Source: an uncultured Methanolobus sp. (GTDB lineage: Archaea > Halobacteriota > Methanosarcinia > Methanosarcinales > Methanosarcinaceae). Taken from it: a stretch of DNA of 64,000 nt. The stretch is taken from the NCBI GenBank assembly GCA_963675495.1, contig OY776215.1:2688001-2752000 (forward strand). The letters run 5' to 3'. The number at the start of each line of letters is the position of its first letter. The stretch's first letter is position 1. This document shows, piece after piece, positions 1-10,146 of this stretch. The notes below the pieces were generated by a model, which saw only the letters and a program-made list of their open reading frames with translations, was not told where the DNA came from and searched no databases. The translations under genes were made by a program, and so were the position numbers.

Positions 1-1995
1 CATAGGTATTTTGAAAACGATTTACTCCTTTCAAAATATTCAATTGAGAATTGTATAGATTCCATTTCATGGATAGCCCCAGATGCCAGTTTTTTATACG
101 TCAATAAAGCATTTTGTAGAGAAATAGGTTATTCTATGGAAGAACTGTTTTCAATGAAGGTCTTTGACATAGATCCGTATTTTTCGGAAGATATGTGGGA
201 AGGGCATTGGAACAAAATGAAAAAATCACAGATTGGTACAGTAGAAACTGTTCATGTTTCAAAAACGGGTCAAATGATCCCTGTAGAGATTACTTATAAC
301 CATTTGCAGTTTGATGGCATGGAGTATGTTTTTACTTTTAGTCGCAACATTATCAAGCGTAAAGAAGCAGAAAAAAATTTACGTCTCACACAACATTCCA
401 TAAATCACAGTATGGAACCTGCTTTCTGGATAGCTCCTGATGCCAGTTTCATGTTTGTCAATGAGGTTGTATGTGAGAATTATGGTTATTCTCGGGAAGA
501 ACTGCTTTCAATGAATGTCTTTGATATCAGCCATGGTTTTCCAGAGAACAAGTGGAATGAACTGTGGAATAAGGTAAAAAAACATGGTTCATTCCAAATG
601 GAATCAATACATTACACAAAAAATGGGAGAAGTTTTCCTGTAGAAATTTCACTAAGTTATCTGGAATTTGAAGATATTCAATATCTTTTTGCCTTTGTCC
701 GCGATATTACTGAACGCAAGAATTCAGAAGTTGCTCTCAAAAAATATACAAATGAACTGAGGCATTCAAATGAAATGCAGCAAGCACTTGGCAATATTGT
801 GAACAGTAGCCCCATGATTGTTTTTTTATGGAGAGTGGAGCACAATTGGCCAGTAGAATTCGTATCTGAAAACATCAGGCAATTTGGTTATTCATCAGAT
901 GAGTTCATATCAGGCGCACTCCTTTATGGGGATATTATCCATCCGGATGATCTGAAAAAAGTTCAAGCCAGATCAACTGACTTTATAGGATCAAAGCAAT
1001 CAAGTTTCAATCATGAATATAGGATTCTGACAAAATCTGGAGAAGTACGCTGGGTTAATGAAAGAACTTTTATCCAACGTGATGAGGATAAGATCGATTT
1101 CATCCAAGGTATCATTGTTGACATCACCAGTAGTAAGCAATCGAATGAATTTTTGCAATTTCAATGTGAACTTGGAAATGTTCTTGCTTTACCCGACAAT
1201 CTGCAGGAGACTTATGAACAATTGCTGGAACTGACTCTCCAGATTGATCCATTCGATTCTGGTTGTCTGTATATTGTTGATACATCGACAGGCAATCTGG
1301 ATATTGTAGTGCATAAGGGATTATCTTCTGAATATGTAACGAAGGTATCACATTACGATGCAAAATCTTTGTTAACAAAAATGGTCATGATCGGTAAACC
1401 TGTCTACAAAAACCATTCCGAAATATGTGCTATGACTGCTACAGAGTCACCAACTGAAAAATTAAATGTTACAGCACTTGTTCCGGTGAAATGCGGAGAC
1501 GAAGTTATTGCTATGCTTAAACTCATGTCTCACACTCAAAATGAGATTTCACCAGATTCTAAAAACTCTCTTGAAAACATTGCTTCTCAAATTGGGGGAT
1601 TCATTAATCGTACGATTTCCGAAATAGAACTTAAGAATAACAATAATGATCTTCTGGGTATTTTTGAGTCATTGGAAGATCTCTTATTTATAGTGGATCT
1701 AGAAGGCTGCATTATCAATTACAACTCAGCAGTTCCAACAAGATTGGGATATTCGAAAGAAGAGCTTTTGGGTACCAACATAATTTCAATCATACCTCAT
1801 AAACTATATTTAAAAGCTGCCAAAACCTTTTTTGATATAATAGATGGAAATTTTTCATATTTCACCTTTCCACTAATAGCTAAAGACAAATCGCTAATTT
1901 CAGTAGCTATAAGGTTTACTAAAGGTAAATGGAAAGGGCAGGACGTGATGATAGGAATTTCTCACGATGTAACAAATGGTAAATCCGATCAATAA
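1..1995 (+). CDS. Multi-PAS/GAF sensory protein, 5'-truncated by the window edge, with no C-terminal kinase domain
   Basis: Frame is open from base 1 (HRYFENDLLLSKYS...WIAPDASFLYVN) into the listed ORF. Repeated PAS/PAC motifs (WIAPDASF..VN, PVEI, RDITERK, IHPDD..RW), a GAF-like segment and a final PAS; no H-box or HATPase before TAA. Confidence 0.8.
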   Translation, partial: HRYFENDLLLSKYSIENCIDSISWIAPDASFLYVNKAFCREIGYSMEELFSMKVFDIDPYFSEDMWEGHWNKMKKSQIGTVETVHVSKTGQMIPVEITYNHLQFDGMEYVFTFSRNIIKRKEAEKNLRLTQHSINHSMEPAFWIAPDASFMFVNEVVCENYGYSREELLSMNVFDISHGFPENKWNELWNKVKKHGSFQMESIHYTKNGRSFPVEISLSYLEFEDIQYLFAFVRDITERKNSEVALKKYTNELRHSNEMQQALGNIVNSSPMIVFLWRVEHNWPVEFVSENIRQFGYSSDEFISGALLYGDIIHPDDLKKVQARSTDFIGSKQSSFNHEYRILTKSGEVRWVNERTFIQRDEDKIDFIQGIIVDITSSKQSNEFLQFQCELGNVLALPDNLQETYEQLLELTLQIDPFDSGCLYIVDTSTGNLDIVVHKGLSSEYVTKVSHYDAKSLLTKMVMIGKPVYKNHSEICAMTATESPTEKLNVTALVPVKCGDEVIAMLKLMSHTQNEISPDSKNSLENIASQIGGFINRTISEIELKNNNNDLLGIFESLEDLLFIVDLEGCIINYNSAVPTRLGYSKEELLGTNIISIIPHKLYLKAAKTFFDIIDGNFSYFTFPLIAKDKSLISVAIRFTKGKWKGQDVMIGISHDVTNGKSDQ

Positions 1996-2107
1996 AAGTA
2001 ATCATATTAATCGTTTAATAAAAAAACGGCTATTATAAATTCTCCAAATAATGGGACAAATAATTGTGTACAACTACTCAGAATAGTTATTATATAAATA
2101 AAATATC

Positions 2108-2123
2108 AAAGGGTTTTTATATA
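2108..2123 (+). promoter_or_regulatory. Putative BRE/TATA promoter of the pilus operon
   Basis: AAAGGG-TTTTTATATA about 25-35 nt upstream of the ATG at 2145. Confidence 0.5.
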
Positions 2124-2144
2124 GATGTTTCTATATAATAATCA

Positions 2145-3836
2145 ATGATAGGTCCGGAATCTGAAATCAAAAATGCAGATGAGATCAGCCCTGGTATTGT
2201 GTCCGGGTCAAATGCGAGAAACCCTGCTAAGTTTTCTCAATTATTAGACAACATCAAGTCCGGACTTCACCAGTTAAGACATCCCCGAAATAAATTTCCG
2301 GAATATGATCCTGACTTACATGGTTCACTTGTAGATCTTGAAATTCCCGATGGGTTCAAAGAAGTTGAGCGCTATTGGGTAAATGAGCCATATTCTTTTA
2401 TTTCAATCCTTGTGAAAGGGAATGTATATCTCTACTATGTTGCTGAGCCAATGCTTACGTTATACGAAAAAGATATTCTTGAAAGAGTCTATGATGACCT
2501 GCAGGATATTCTGAGTATTGGTGGAGTAAATTCCTCGAGGGATAAAGAAACAGTATTAATGGAACAGGCATCCTTACTTTTCAATCGCTATCATGCGAAT
2601 CTGGAAATAGCATCTGCCTATCGTATCCTCTATTATCTGAAACGCAATTATCTGGGTCATGACCGCATAAATTCACTAATGCTTGATCCTAATATAGAAG
2701 ATATTTCCTGCGATGGCATAAACGTGCCAATTTTCATGTACCATAATAAGTATCGCAATATTAAGACAAATGTTTCTTTTGGGGAAGAGGAAATTAATTC
2801 TCTTGTAATAAAACTGTGCCAGAAAAGTGGCAAGCATATTTCAGTAAGCGAACCCATGGTGGATGCAACCCTGCCTGATGGTTCCCGTTTACAGGCAACC
2901 CTTGGTAAAGAGATAACTACCAGAGGGAGCTCCTTTACTATCAGGAAATTCAGGGGAGATCCGATCACTCCTATAGATCTTATTAACTACAAAACCTGTA
3001 GTATTGAAATGATGGCTTATTTCTGGCTTGCCATTGAAAACGGCGATTGTGCTATATTCGCAGGAGGCACAGCATCCGGTAAAACATCCCTTCTAAATGC
3101 AGTTTCTCTTTTCATACCTCCGCTCTCAAAGGTTGTATCTATAGAAGATACACGAGAAGTGACATTACACCATGACAACTGGATTGCAGGTGTCACACGT
3201 AAACCGTTGAATGTCAATAGTGCCGGCGAAGTTTCCATGTATGACCTGTTGCGATCAGCTCTGCGACAAAGACCTGAATATATACTTGTAGGCGAGATTC
3301 GGGGTGAAGAGGCACTGACACTTTTCCAGGCCATATCCACAGGACATGCAACCTATTCAACCATGCACGCAGGTGATGTGCAGACCGTTGTCAACAGACT
3401 TGACAGTCCTCCTCTTAATGTACCACACGTCATGCTTCAATCATTGGATATACTTAGCATACAGGTCCAAACTTTTGTGAATAACCAGAGGGTGCGCAGA
3501 ACGCAGAGTCTTGTAGAATTTACAGGGATAGATACAAAGACAGGCTACATACGTATAAATGAGCTCTACAGATGGGATCCTGTAACAGACACTTTCATTC
3601 GCAACGGAGATTCATATACTCTTAACAAGGTCATGACTTCAAGGGGCTGGGATAGGAATAAACTCTCAGAGGAGCTGAACAGGAGAGAACGTATTCTCAA
3701 ATATCTCTGCGAGAAACAAATGAGGGACTATGTGCGCATATCCCTGATTGTACAGGCGTATGATGCAAATCCGGAAAATGTTCTTGCTGCAATTGAAAAT
3801 CATAGTCTGGATGAACTGATAGAACAGAGCATGTAG
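2145..3836 (+). CDS. pilB: Type IV pilus/type II secretion assembly ATPase (PilB/FlaI/VirB11 family)
   Basis: Walker A GGTASGKT, SIEDTRE, LRSALRQRPEYILVGEIRG, His box STMHA. Confidence 0.92.
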   Translation: MIGPESEIKNADEISPGIVSGSNARNPAKFSQLLDNIKSGLHQLRHPRNKFPEYDPDLHGSLVDLEIPDGFKEVERYWVNEPYSFISILVKGNVYLYYVAEPMLTLYEKDILERVYDDLQDILSIGGVNSSRDKETVLMEQASLLFNRYHANLEIASAYRILYYLKRNYLGHDRINSLMLDPNIEDISCDGINVPIFMYHNKYRNIKTNVSFGEEEINSLVIKLCQKSGKHISVSEPMVDATLPDGSRLQATLGKEITTRGSSFTIRKFRGDPITPIDLINYKTCSIEMMAYFWLAIENGDCAIFAGGTASGKTSLLNAVSLFIPPLSKVVSIEDTREVTLHHDNWIAGVTRKPLNVNSAGEVSMYDLLRSALRQRPEYILVGEIRGEEALTLFQAISTGHATYSTMHAGDVQTVVNRLDSPPLNVPHVMLQSLDILSIQVQTFVNNQRVRRTQSLVEFTGIDTKTGYIRINELYRWDPVTDTFIRNGDSYTLNKVMTSRGWDRNKLSEELNRRERILKYLCEKQMRDYVRISLIVQAYDANPENVLAAIENHSLDELIEQSM

Positions 3837-3845
3837 GTGCCTTAA

Positions 3846-5792
3846 ATGAATATCATAGATTCTGCTTCACATTTGATATTTGGAAAATATGTAAGAAAAC
3901 ATATTCACCGATATGAAGCGCAGAGGTCCATGGTACGTAAAGCAGGCATGGGAGTTCTCATTGAGCAATATATTGCTCAAATATACTTTTTTTCTCTTTT
4001 AATGGCTCTTTTAGCTGGTCTGGTTGGAATATTGGCTGGATATTACTTTTTAAGTGATTTCAGGCCATTTATGCTGGGTATTGAAAACACCCCTCTCTGG
4101 ATTGCAACCAATTTTCATTTGTTGATAAGTTGCGGACTTGGTGCTGTTTTTTTCATAATAGCTGCGTACCTTACTTACTATATCTTTATGTCATTACCTG
4201 AAGTGCAGGCTAATGTCAGAAGCACACTCATAAACCAATCACTTCCCCACACTACGGCATATCTTTATGCCATGAGTCGTGGAGGTGGACTAAATCTTCT
4301 TGACATCATGAAATCACTTGCAGAGAACTACCATATCTATGGTGCTTCTGCAGAAGAAATAGGATTTATGGTTAAAGATATGGAGTATTATGGTACTGAC
4401 CTGCTAAAAGCAATTGACAGGGCAGGACAACGGACTCCTTCTAAGAAATTCAAGGATTTTCTGGATGGGCTTACATCAATTGTCTCAAGTGGAGGGGATG
4501 TCGGTTCTTATCTCAAGGCAAAAAATGATCAATATCGTCTGACCGCTACTAAGGAACAGAAAATATTCTTCGAAACACTGGGAGTACTGGCAGAAGTTTA
4601 TATCTCTGCTTTTGTTGCAGGCCCCCTTTTCCTGATTACTATACTTGTGGTTCTGGGGCTTATGAATCCGAGTGCATCCGGGATGCTGGACTTTATAGTA
4701 TACATTGTGATTCCAATAGGGACGGTTCTTTTTCTGGTGCTTCTTAATTCGCTAACAAATGATAACCCCAAAATACCTGATTTTTATGTGGTCGAGAAAA
4801 AATTAAATAATTTTCCATATGTGCCAATAAAAGAAGGAGATAAGAGTGAAGAGCAAAAGAGAAGAATGATCAAATACTACTCCCATTTCATCAAAGTGGC
4901 GGATAAGTTCCTGCATCCTTTTAACTTTTTTGCAAACAAACCCTCATACGTCCTGATTATCACTATTCCACTGGCATTAGCTTATTTCTTTTTCACGATA
5001 AATGATTACATCAATATTGCAAACATTATCTACTTTAATAATTTTAATATTTTAACAATAAGTATCATCGATGACCATGTTTTCATTGCTTTGCTAGTAA
5101 TGTTAATTCCTTTTATTATATTTGATGAAGTGCGCAATTACCGTGTGAAGCAAATTGAATCAAATATTCCTGATTTTCTTTATAACCTTGCAAGTATCAA
5201 CGAAGCCGGTATTCTTCTTGTGGATGCTATCGTAATGAGCATGCAGCTAAAAGTAGGAGTTTTGCATTCTGAGGTGAAACGTCTTGTAAATGACATATCA
5301 TGGGGAACAAAACTGGATGATGCACTGCAAAAATTTGAATTCAGAATTCGCACTGATATGACAAGGCGTATGATCAATCTCATCATCAAGGCCAATGAAG
5401 CTACAAGTGATATCAAAAGCGTGCTGACAATAGCAGCACATGATGCTGATATGCAGAGACAGCTTAAGAAAGAGCGCAATGCAGAAATGTTTGTTTATGT
5501 GTTTATAATCTACATATCATTCATGGTCTTTTTGTTCATCGTTTACATTCTTGCAGCCTACTTCCTGCCTGCTATGCCTGCGTCTACAGCAGGTGGGCTT
5601 GAAGGGGTTGCTTTTATAGTCGATTTTGATCTTGAAAAGTACACATTGTTATTTTTCCATGCAGCTATGCTCCAGGGTTTTGGTTCCGGACTTGTCGCAG
5701 GAAAAATGGGTAGTGGAAATATTCATTCGGGTTTCAAGCATTCTATAATCATGATGTCTATAGCTTACCTGTTATTCGCATTTTTCATATGA
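3846..5792 (+). CDS. pilC: Type IV pilus membrane platform protein (PilC/TadC/FlaJ, two T2SSF domains)
   Basis: Many TM segments, RTPS..FKDFL motif, second domain IPDFL..LA; directly follows the ATPase. Confidence 0.88.
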   Translation: MNIIDSASHLIFGKYVRKHIHRYEAQRSMVRKAGMGVLIEQYIAQIYFFSLLMALLAGLVGILAGYYFLSDFRPFMLGIENTPLWIATNFHLLISCGLGAVFFIIAAYLTYYIFMSLPEVQANVRSTLINQSLPHTTAYLYAMSRGGGLNLLDIMKSLAENYHIYGASAEEIGFMVKDMEYYGTDLLKAIDRAGQRTPSKKFKDFLDGLTSIVSSGGDVGSYLKAKNDQYRLTATKEQKIFFETLGVLAEVYISAFVAGPLFLITILVVLGLMNPSASGMLDFIVYIVIPIGTVLFLVLLNSLTNDNPKIPDFYVVEKKLNNFPYVPIKEGDKSEEQKRRMIKYYSHFIKVADKFLHPFNFFANKPSYVLIITIPLALAYFFFTINDYINIANIIYFNNFNILTISIIDDHVFIALLVMLIPFIIFDEVRNYRVKQIESNIPDFLYNLASINEAGILLVDAIVMSMQLKVGVLHSEVKRLVNDISWGTKLDDALQKFEFRIRTDMTRRMINLIIKANEATSDIKSVLTIAAHDADMQRQLKKERNAEMFVYVFIIYISFMVFLFIVYILAAYFLPAMPASTAGGLEGVAFIVDFDLEKYTLLFFHAAMLQGFGSGLVAGKMGSGNIHSGFKHSIIMMSIAYLLFAFFI

Positions 5793-5799
5793 GGTAAAT

Positions 5800-7581
5800 A
5801 TGTGCATACGAACAAGGGCACGAATAAATAAATTCGTAAGGGACGAAAATGCAGTTTCCGAGATTATCGGAGAGATTCTTATGACGGCCATAGCTGTGCT
5901 TGCATTTTCAATAATTGCCGTGTTCGTGTTCTCTTATATGGATGCAGGTGAAAAAGTGCATGCTAACATTGACGGGTGGGTGGATGTGGATTCTGATACG
6001 ATCCATATCAGGCACTTAGGTGGGGAGCATATCGATATTAATGATGTCAAAATAATCCTGAACCTCAATGGAACGCGCAGGGAACTTTCATCGTCCCAGG
6101 TGGTGCAACTGCTTGGAAGTAATGGCTGGCATCTGGGCGAAACTATACTAATTGATGCAGATCTGCTGTGGAACACAACGATCAATGAAACTGATTATGT
6201 AGGTCTGATATTGCTGCAAACCAGTTCCAATATCGTTATAGAAAGTGGTTCTCTCCTTGGCGATGAAATTGGCATGAATTCAGATCAAGCTCCATCTGGG
6301 TCAAATGACTCTTCAACAGGTGGAAATCTTGCATGGTGGAAACTCAATGAGAATTCAGGTACAATTGCTGTGGATTCTATTAGTGGGTATGATGGAAGCA
6401 TTTCCCAGGCCAGCTGGACAACAGGTATCAATGGAAGTGCATTGGAATTCGATGGCAGCAATGACTATGTGGAGACCAATGAGCGCATAGTCGATGATTA
6501 TCCGTTTACCATTAGTGTATGGCTAAAAACAACGGATTCAGGGACTGATCAGGCAGTTGTCAATCTTGCAGACTCTGATTTGTCGAATTCTTATTATGGA
6601 ATATATGTGAGACCAGATGGAAGGGTTCGACTGATGGCAAGAAATACTCAGAGCAGGACTATAGCGGGAGATGTTGTTAACGATGGTGAATGGTACAATG
6701 CCGTTGCAGTTTTCAATTCTTCCACAGATAGAAAACTCTATCTTAACGGTATAATTAATGGAACCCAGTCAACGGAAGTTACATTCAATAGCGATGCTGA
6801 CAGGTGGTCCATGGGAAGATGGGGTGACAGTTCTCCTAACAGATACTTTGAAGGAAGCATTGATGAGGTAAAACTATGGGACAGAGCACTTGATTCAGCT
6901 GAGATACTACAGCTTTATGAAGATTCAGCTCCGCAAACGGTGCCTGTTGAAGAAGTTCCACTGACTCCTGTATCAAGGTGGAAGTTCGATGAGAATTCTG
7001 GTTCAATTGCTTACGATGGTGTTGGGAGTAATGATGCACAGGTCATTAACGCACACTGGAGTAATACCGCTATAAACGAAACTGCTATCCGGTTCGATGG
7101 AAACGGAGATTATCTTACAGTTAGTGACCATGACTCACTTGACTTTGATCAGAATATGAGTATCCTTTTCTGGATGAGGCTTAATACAGACAATGATGTT
7201 GCGATAATTGGAAAAGGCCAGAATGATCAGGATAATTTTGATCTTTTTGCAGGCAATGGGGAATTGTACTTTGAATGGGATAATAGCGGTTCAAATTATG
7301 TTCAAACCACGGGAATGGACCTGCAAACCAACACATGGTACCAGATCGGAGTGGTGGTTGATGGAAGTAATGTGAACTTCTATAAGGATAGCACTTTCAT
7401 TGAGGATTACTCTATGAATGGTGTTCCACTGGCTTCTAACAACAACGAACTCTGGATTGGCAGACAGAACTACGGTAGCAATAATTATTATCTTAGGGGA
7501 TACCTCGATGAGGTGGAGATCTATAATGTTACACTAGCCGGCTCAGACATTGCAGAATACTACACAAGGACAAATCCGTAA
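5800..7581 (+). CDS. Pilin-like protein: class III signal, DUF1628-type N-terminus and two LamG/ConA-like domains
   Basis: DENA|VSEIIGEILM prepilin motif. Two repeats of W(K)xxENSG..A.D..G...FDG..DY...FTISxW...W..V....G.IDEV.(L/I)(W/Y). Confidence 0.85.
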   Translation: MCIRTRARINKFVRDENAVSEIIGEILMTAIAVLAFSIIAVFVFSYMDAGEKVHANIDGWVDVDSDTIHIRHLGGEHIDINDVKIILNLNGTRRELSSSQVVQLLGSNGWHLGETILIDADLLWNTTINETDYVGLILLQTSSNIVIESGSLLGDEIGMNSDQAPSGSNDSSTGGNLAWWKLNENSGTIAVDSISGYDGSISQASWTTGINGSALEFDGSNDYVETNERIVDDYPFTISVWLKTTDSGTDQAVVNLADSDLSNSYYGIYVRPDGRVRLMARNTQSRTIAGDVVNDGEWYNAVAVFNSSTDRKLYLNGIINGTQSTEVTFNSDADRWSMGRWGDSSPNRYFEGSIDEVKLWDRALDSAEILQLYEDSAPQTVPVEEVPLTPVSRWKFDENSGSIAYDGVGSNDAQVINAHWSNTAINETAIRFDGNGDYLTVSDHDSLDFDQNMSILFWMRLNTDNDVAIIGKGQNDQDNFDLFAGNGELYFEWDNSGSNYVQTTGMDLQTNTWYQIGVVVDGSNVNFYKDSTFIEDYSMNGVPLASNNNELWIGRQNYGSNNYYLRGYLDEVEIYNVTLAGSDIAEYYTRTNP

Positions 7582-7612
7582 AATATGATGACAAACGGGA
7601 GAGATAATAAGA

Positions 7613-8503
7613 ATGATGACTAAAAGGTTGATATCTTCTGAAAGTGCTATTTCGACTGTAGTCTCTGCTGTGCTTCTCCTGGGTATATTTGTATCTGTCA
7701 TCACAGTTATCAATGTGCAGTATATCCCGGAGTGGAAAACCACTTCAGAACAATCTCATATGGACGATGTCTTCTATGATATGGCAGAGATGAAAAATGA
7801 AGTTGACATTCTGTCCGCTTATGCCAGGACCGAGCCTTCTACAAGTCTTTTAGTGAGCATACCCATTAAAATGGGAGGTGGGTCTTTGCCTATATTCAGT
7901 TCCGGCAAGTCAAGCGGAAGATTAGCAATAAATGAAGATGAATTTGGTATGGACATTCGGGCAACTACGCCTGGTCTTACTTACAACAGTGATTCAATGC
8001 TTCTGGATCTGGGTTCTATTAGTTATATGTCTGATAATAATTATTTTGTTGACCAGAAATTCGTTTATGAGAACGGAGCCCTGTTAATCTCACAAAATGA
8101 CTATTCTTTAATGCGTCTTGCACCTCAGATCGATGTAAAAATGACAGACACTGGTACAAATATAACTATGGATATTAACGTAATAGACATCAATGGTCCA
8201 AAGAGAAGTATCAGCAGTAATTCTGTGGAAGAACTGAACATCAGGACGAATGGGTCTGATTCTTTATATTGGGATGGCATACTTTTCACAGATGTGACCA
8301 TGACAATGGAAACATCCTATCCGTCTTCATGGGAAACTTTCTTTTTGAGCATGGTGGATAATGCGGGCATAGATCCTGCAGATTATTCCATTACCTCTAA
8401 CGATACTGCCGTTGTATTATTCCTTGAAGGCAGTGCCGGAGAAGACATTAAGCTCAATGTGACCAAGACTTTTTTTGATGCAAGGATGAATCTGATGCTT
8501 TGA
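7613..8503 (+). CDS. Minor pilin-like protein with class III signal peptide
   Basis: SESA|ISTVVSAVLLLGI followed by QYIPEW...E..HM and YENGA; last gene of the pilus cluster. Confidence 0.75.
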   Translation: MMTKRLISSESAISTVVSAVLLLGIFVSVITVINVQYIPEWKTTSEQSHMDDVFYDMAEMKNEVDILSAYARTEPSTSLLVSIPIKMGGGSLPIFSSGKSSGRLAINEDEFGMDIRATTPGLTYNSDSMLLDLGSISYMSDNNYFVDQKFVYENGALLISQNDYSLMRLAPQIDVKMTDTGTNITMDINVIDINGPKRSISSNSVEELNIRTNGSDSLYWDGILFTDVTMTMETSYPSSWETFFLSMVDNAGIDPADYSITSNDTAVVLFLEGSAGEDIKLNVTKTFFDARMNLML

Positions 8504-8589
8504 GAACCGTTTCATACTTTGCATTCTTTTGCATAAATTTTGAAGCTTACATTCATCAATGATAAAGTCACATTTTTAACCAGGGGTTC

Positions 8590-9609
8590 TTGATGATAAA
8601 AGAAGCAATGTTTTATGAGAAACTTGATGGTGGCAAGGTACAGTGCAACCTTTGCAGTCACAGATGTAAAATATCATCTGGAAGGAGGGGAATCTGTGCG
8701 GTGCGGGAGAACAGGGAAGGCACTCTTTATACACTTAACTATAATGTTGTTTCAAGCGAGGCACTGGATCCTATAGAGAAAAAACCACTTTTCCATTTTT
8801 ATCCGGGTTCGTTGGCCTATTCTCTTGGGACGATAGGTTGTAATTTTAGGTGCAAGCACTGTCAGAACTGGACGATATCACAGATTGATATAGATGAGGC
8901 AAATGCCATTGAAATGAGTCCTGAAATGGCTGTTGAAAGAGCTGTAAACTCTGGAGCAAAAGTTATTGCCTGGACCTATAATGAGCCAACTATCTGGTTC
9001 GAGTATACTTATGACTGTGCCAGGCTGGCAAAAGGGGCGGGGATGGCAACTGCGTATGTGACCAACGGATACATTACCAGGGAAGCATTGGAGATTATAG
9101 CTCCGTATCTGGATGCTTTCAGGGTTGATATAAAAGCTTTTACGGAAGAGTTCTACAGGGAAATTGCAAGTGCAAAACTGGCCCCAGTTCTTGAGTCTGC
9201 AAAGTATGCAAGAGAACTTGGTATGCATGTGGAAGTCGTGAACCTTGTTATACCAACGCTCAATGATGCACCTGAGGAGATCCGTGAAATGTCAAAATGG
9301 ATATATGATAATCTCGGTGCTGACACTCCTGTTCATTTTACCCGTTTCCATCCTTATTATAAATTGCAGGATATCCCTTCTACTCCGTTGGCTACCCTTG
9401 AGATGGCACATAGTATTGCCAGGGAAGAAGGCCTTAATTATGTTTACTTAGGAAATATTGCTGGAACTGATTATGAAGATACGTTCTGTCCCAAATGCGG
9501 GGAACTACTCATCAAGAGAGAAATGTTCGGCATTGAAGTGAATAAGCTGGACAATAAACAAACGTGCCCACAGTGCGGTGAGTTCATTAATGTCCGGGTC
9601 GGGCAGTAA
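8590..9609 (+). CDS. AmmeMemoRadiSam-system radical SAM enzyme (PFL-activating-like)
   Basis: N-terminal CNLC..C...C, DPIEKKPLFHF, GCNFRCKHCQNW, TYNEPTI, C-terminal CPKCG/CPQCG; TTG start. Confidence 0.9.
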   Translation: MMIKEAMFYEKLDGGKVQCNLCSHRCKISSGRRGICAVRENREGTLYTLNYNVVSSEALDPIEKKPLFHFYPGSLAYSLGTIGCNFRCKHCQNWTISQIDIDEANAIEMSPEMAVERAVNSGAKVIAWTYNEPTIWFEYTYDCARLAKGAGMATAYVTNGYITREALEIIAPYLDAFRVDIKAFTEEFYREIASAKLAPVLESAKYARELGMHVEVVNLVIPTLNDAPEEIREMSKWIYDNLGADTPVHFTRFHPYYKLQDIPSTPLATLEMAHSIAREEGLNYVYLGNIAGTDYEDTFCPKCGELLIKREMFGIEVNKLDNKQTCPQCGEFINVRVGQ

Positions 9610-9812
9610 GGCAGGGGCTGTAGAAACTATGCAATGTCCAAATTTATAAGATATTGCAGATGTAACTGTTGGATGTGACTGTATATAAAAGGTCCAAACA
9701 TTGTAACCCCTCCGTTTCTACTGGAACGTATACAATCAACGATATATTATCATCATCATTATGATGTGGCTTTGAATATTGTCAAAAAAAGGGTGAAAAT
9801 GTAGGTGCAATC

Positions 9813-9826
9813 AAAAGGTTTAAAAG
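9813..9826 (+). promoter_or_regulatory. BRE/TATA promoter of the tRNA operon
   Basis: AAAAGG-TTTAAA upstream of tRNA-Asn. Confidence 0.6.
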
Positions 9827-9871
9827 CAATAACTGCATTAGAAGGATTCGCGCGTGAGCGCCATGCTGAGA

Positions 9872-9944
9872 GCCGCAATAACTCAGTTGGTAGAGTGTCT
9901 GGCTGTTAACCAGAATGTCACAGGTTCGAGCCCTGTTTGCGGCG
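9872..9944 (+). tRNA. tRNA-Asn (GTT)
   Basis: Cloverleaf: GCCGCAA/TTGCGGC acceptor, TCTGG-CT-GTT-AA-CCAGA anticodon arm, TTCGAG T-loop; no encoded CCA. Confidence 0.96.
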
Positions 9945-9965
9945 CTTCAAATCTTTTTTCATACT

Positions 9966-10040
9966 GGGCCTGTAGCTTAGCCAGGTTAGAGCGCTCGGCT
10001 CATAACCGAGCGATCACCGGTTCGAATCCGGTTAGGCCCA
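9966..10040 (+). tRNA. tRNA with CAT anticodon, most likely tRNA-Ile2 (agmatidine-modified)
   Basis: GGGCCTG/TAGGCCC acceptor, CTCGG-CT-CAT-AA-CCGAG arm, TTCGAAT. Lacks initiator features (A1-U72, three G-C pairs in the anticodon stem). The GGGCC start and linkage to tRNA-Asn are typical of archaeal Ile2. Confidence 0.85.
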
Positions 10041-10146
10041 CTTAATAATTTAGGGCTAATAATTTCTTGCTAACTAGTATTTTTTCCGGGTAGAAACTAC
10101 TCCCGTCTCCAGTTAAAAATAACTTTTCTTCTGGATAAGCGTTTGA

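Noticed and set aside
3834-3848. Amber readthrough fusing pilB to pilC (same frame)
   Set aside because: An in-frame TAA (TAG GTG CCT TAA ATG) blocks the fusion.
9854-10045. 63-aa ORF
   Set aside because: Overlaps both tRNA genes.
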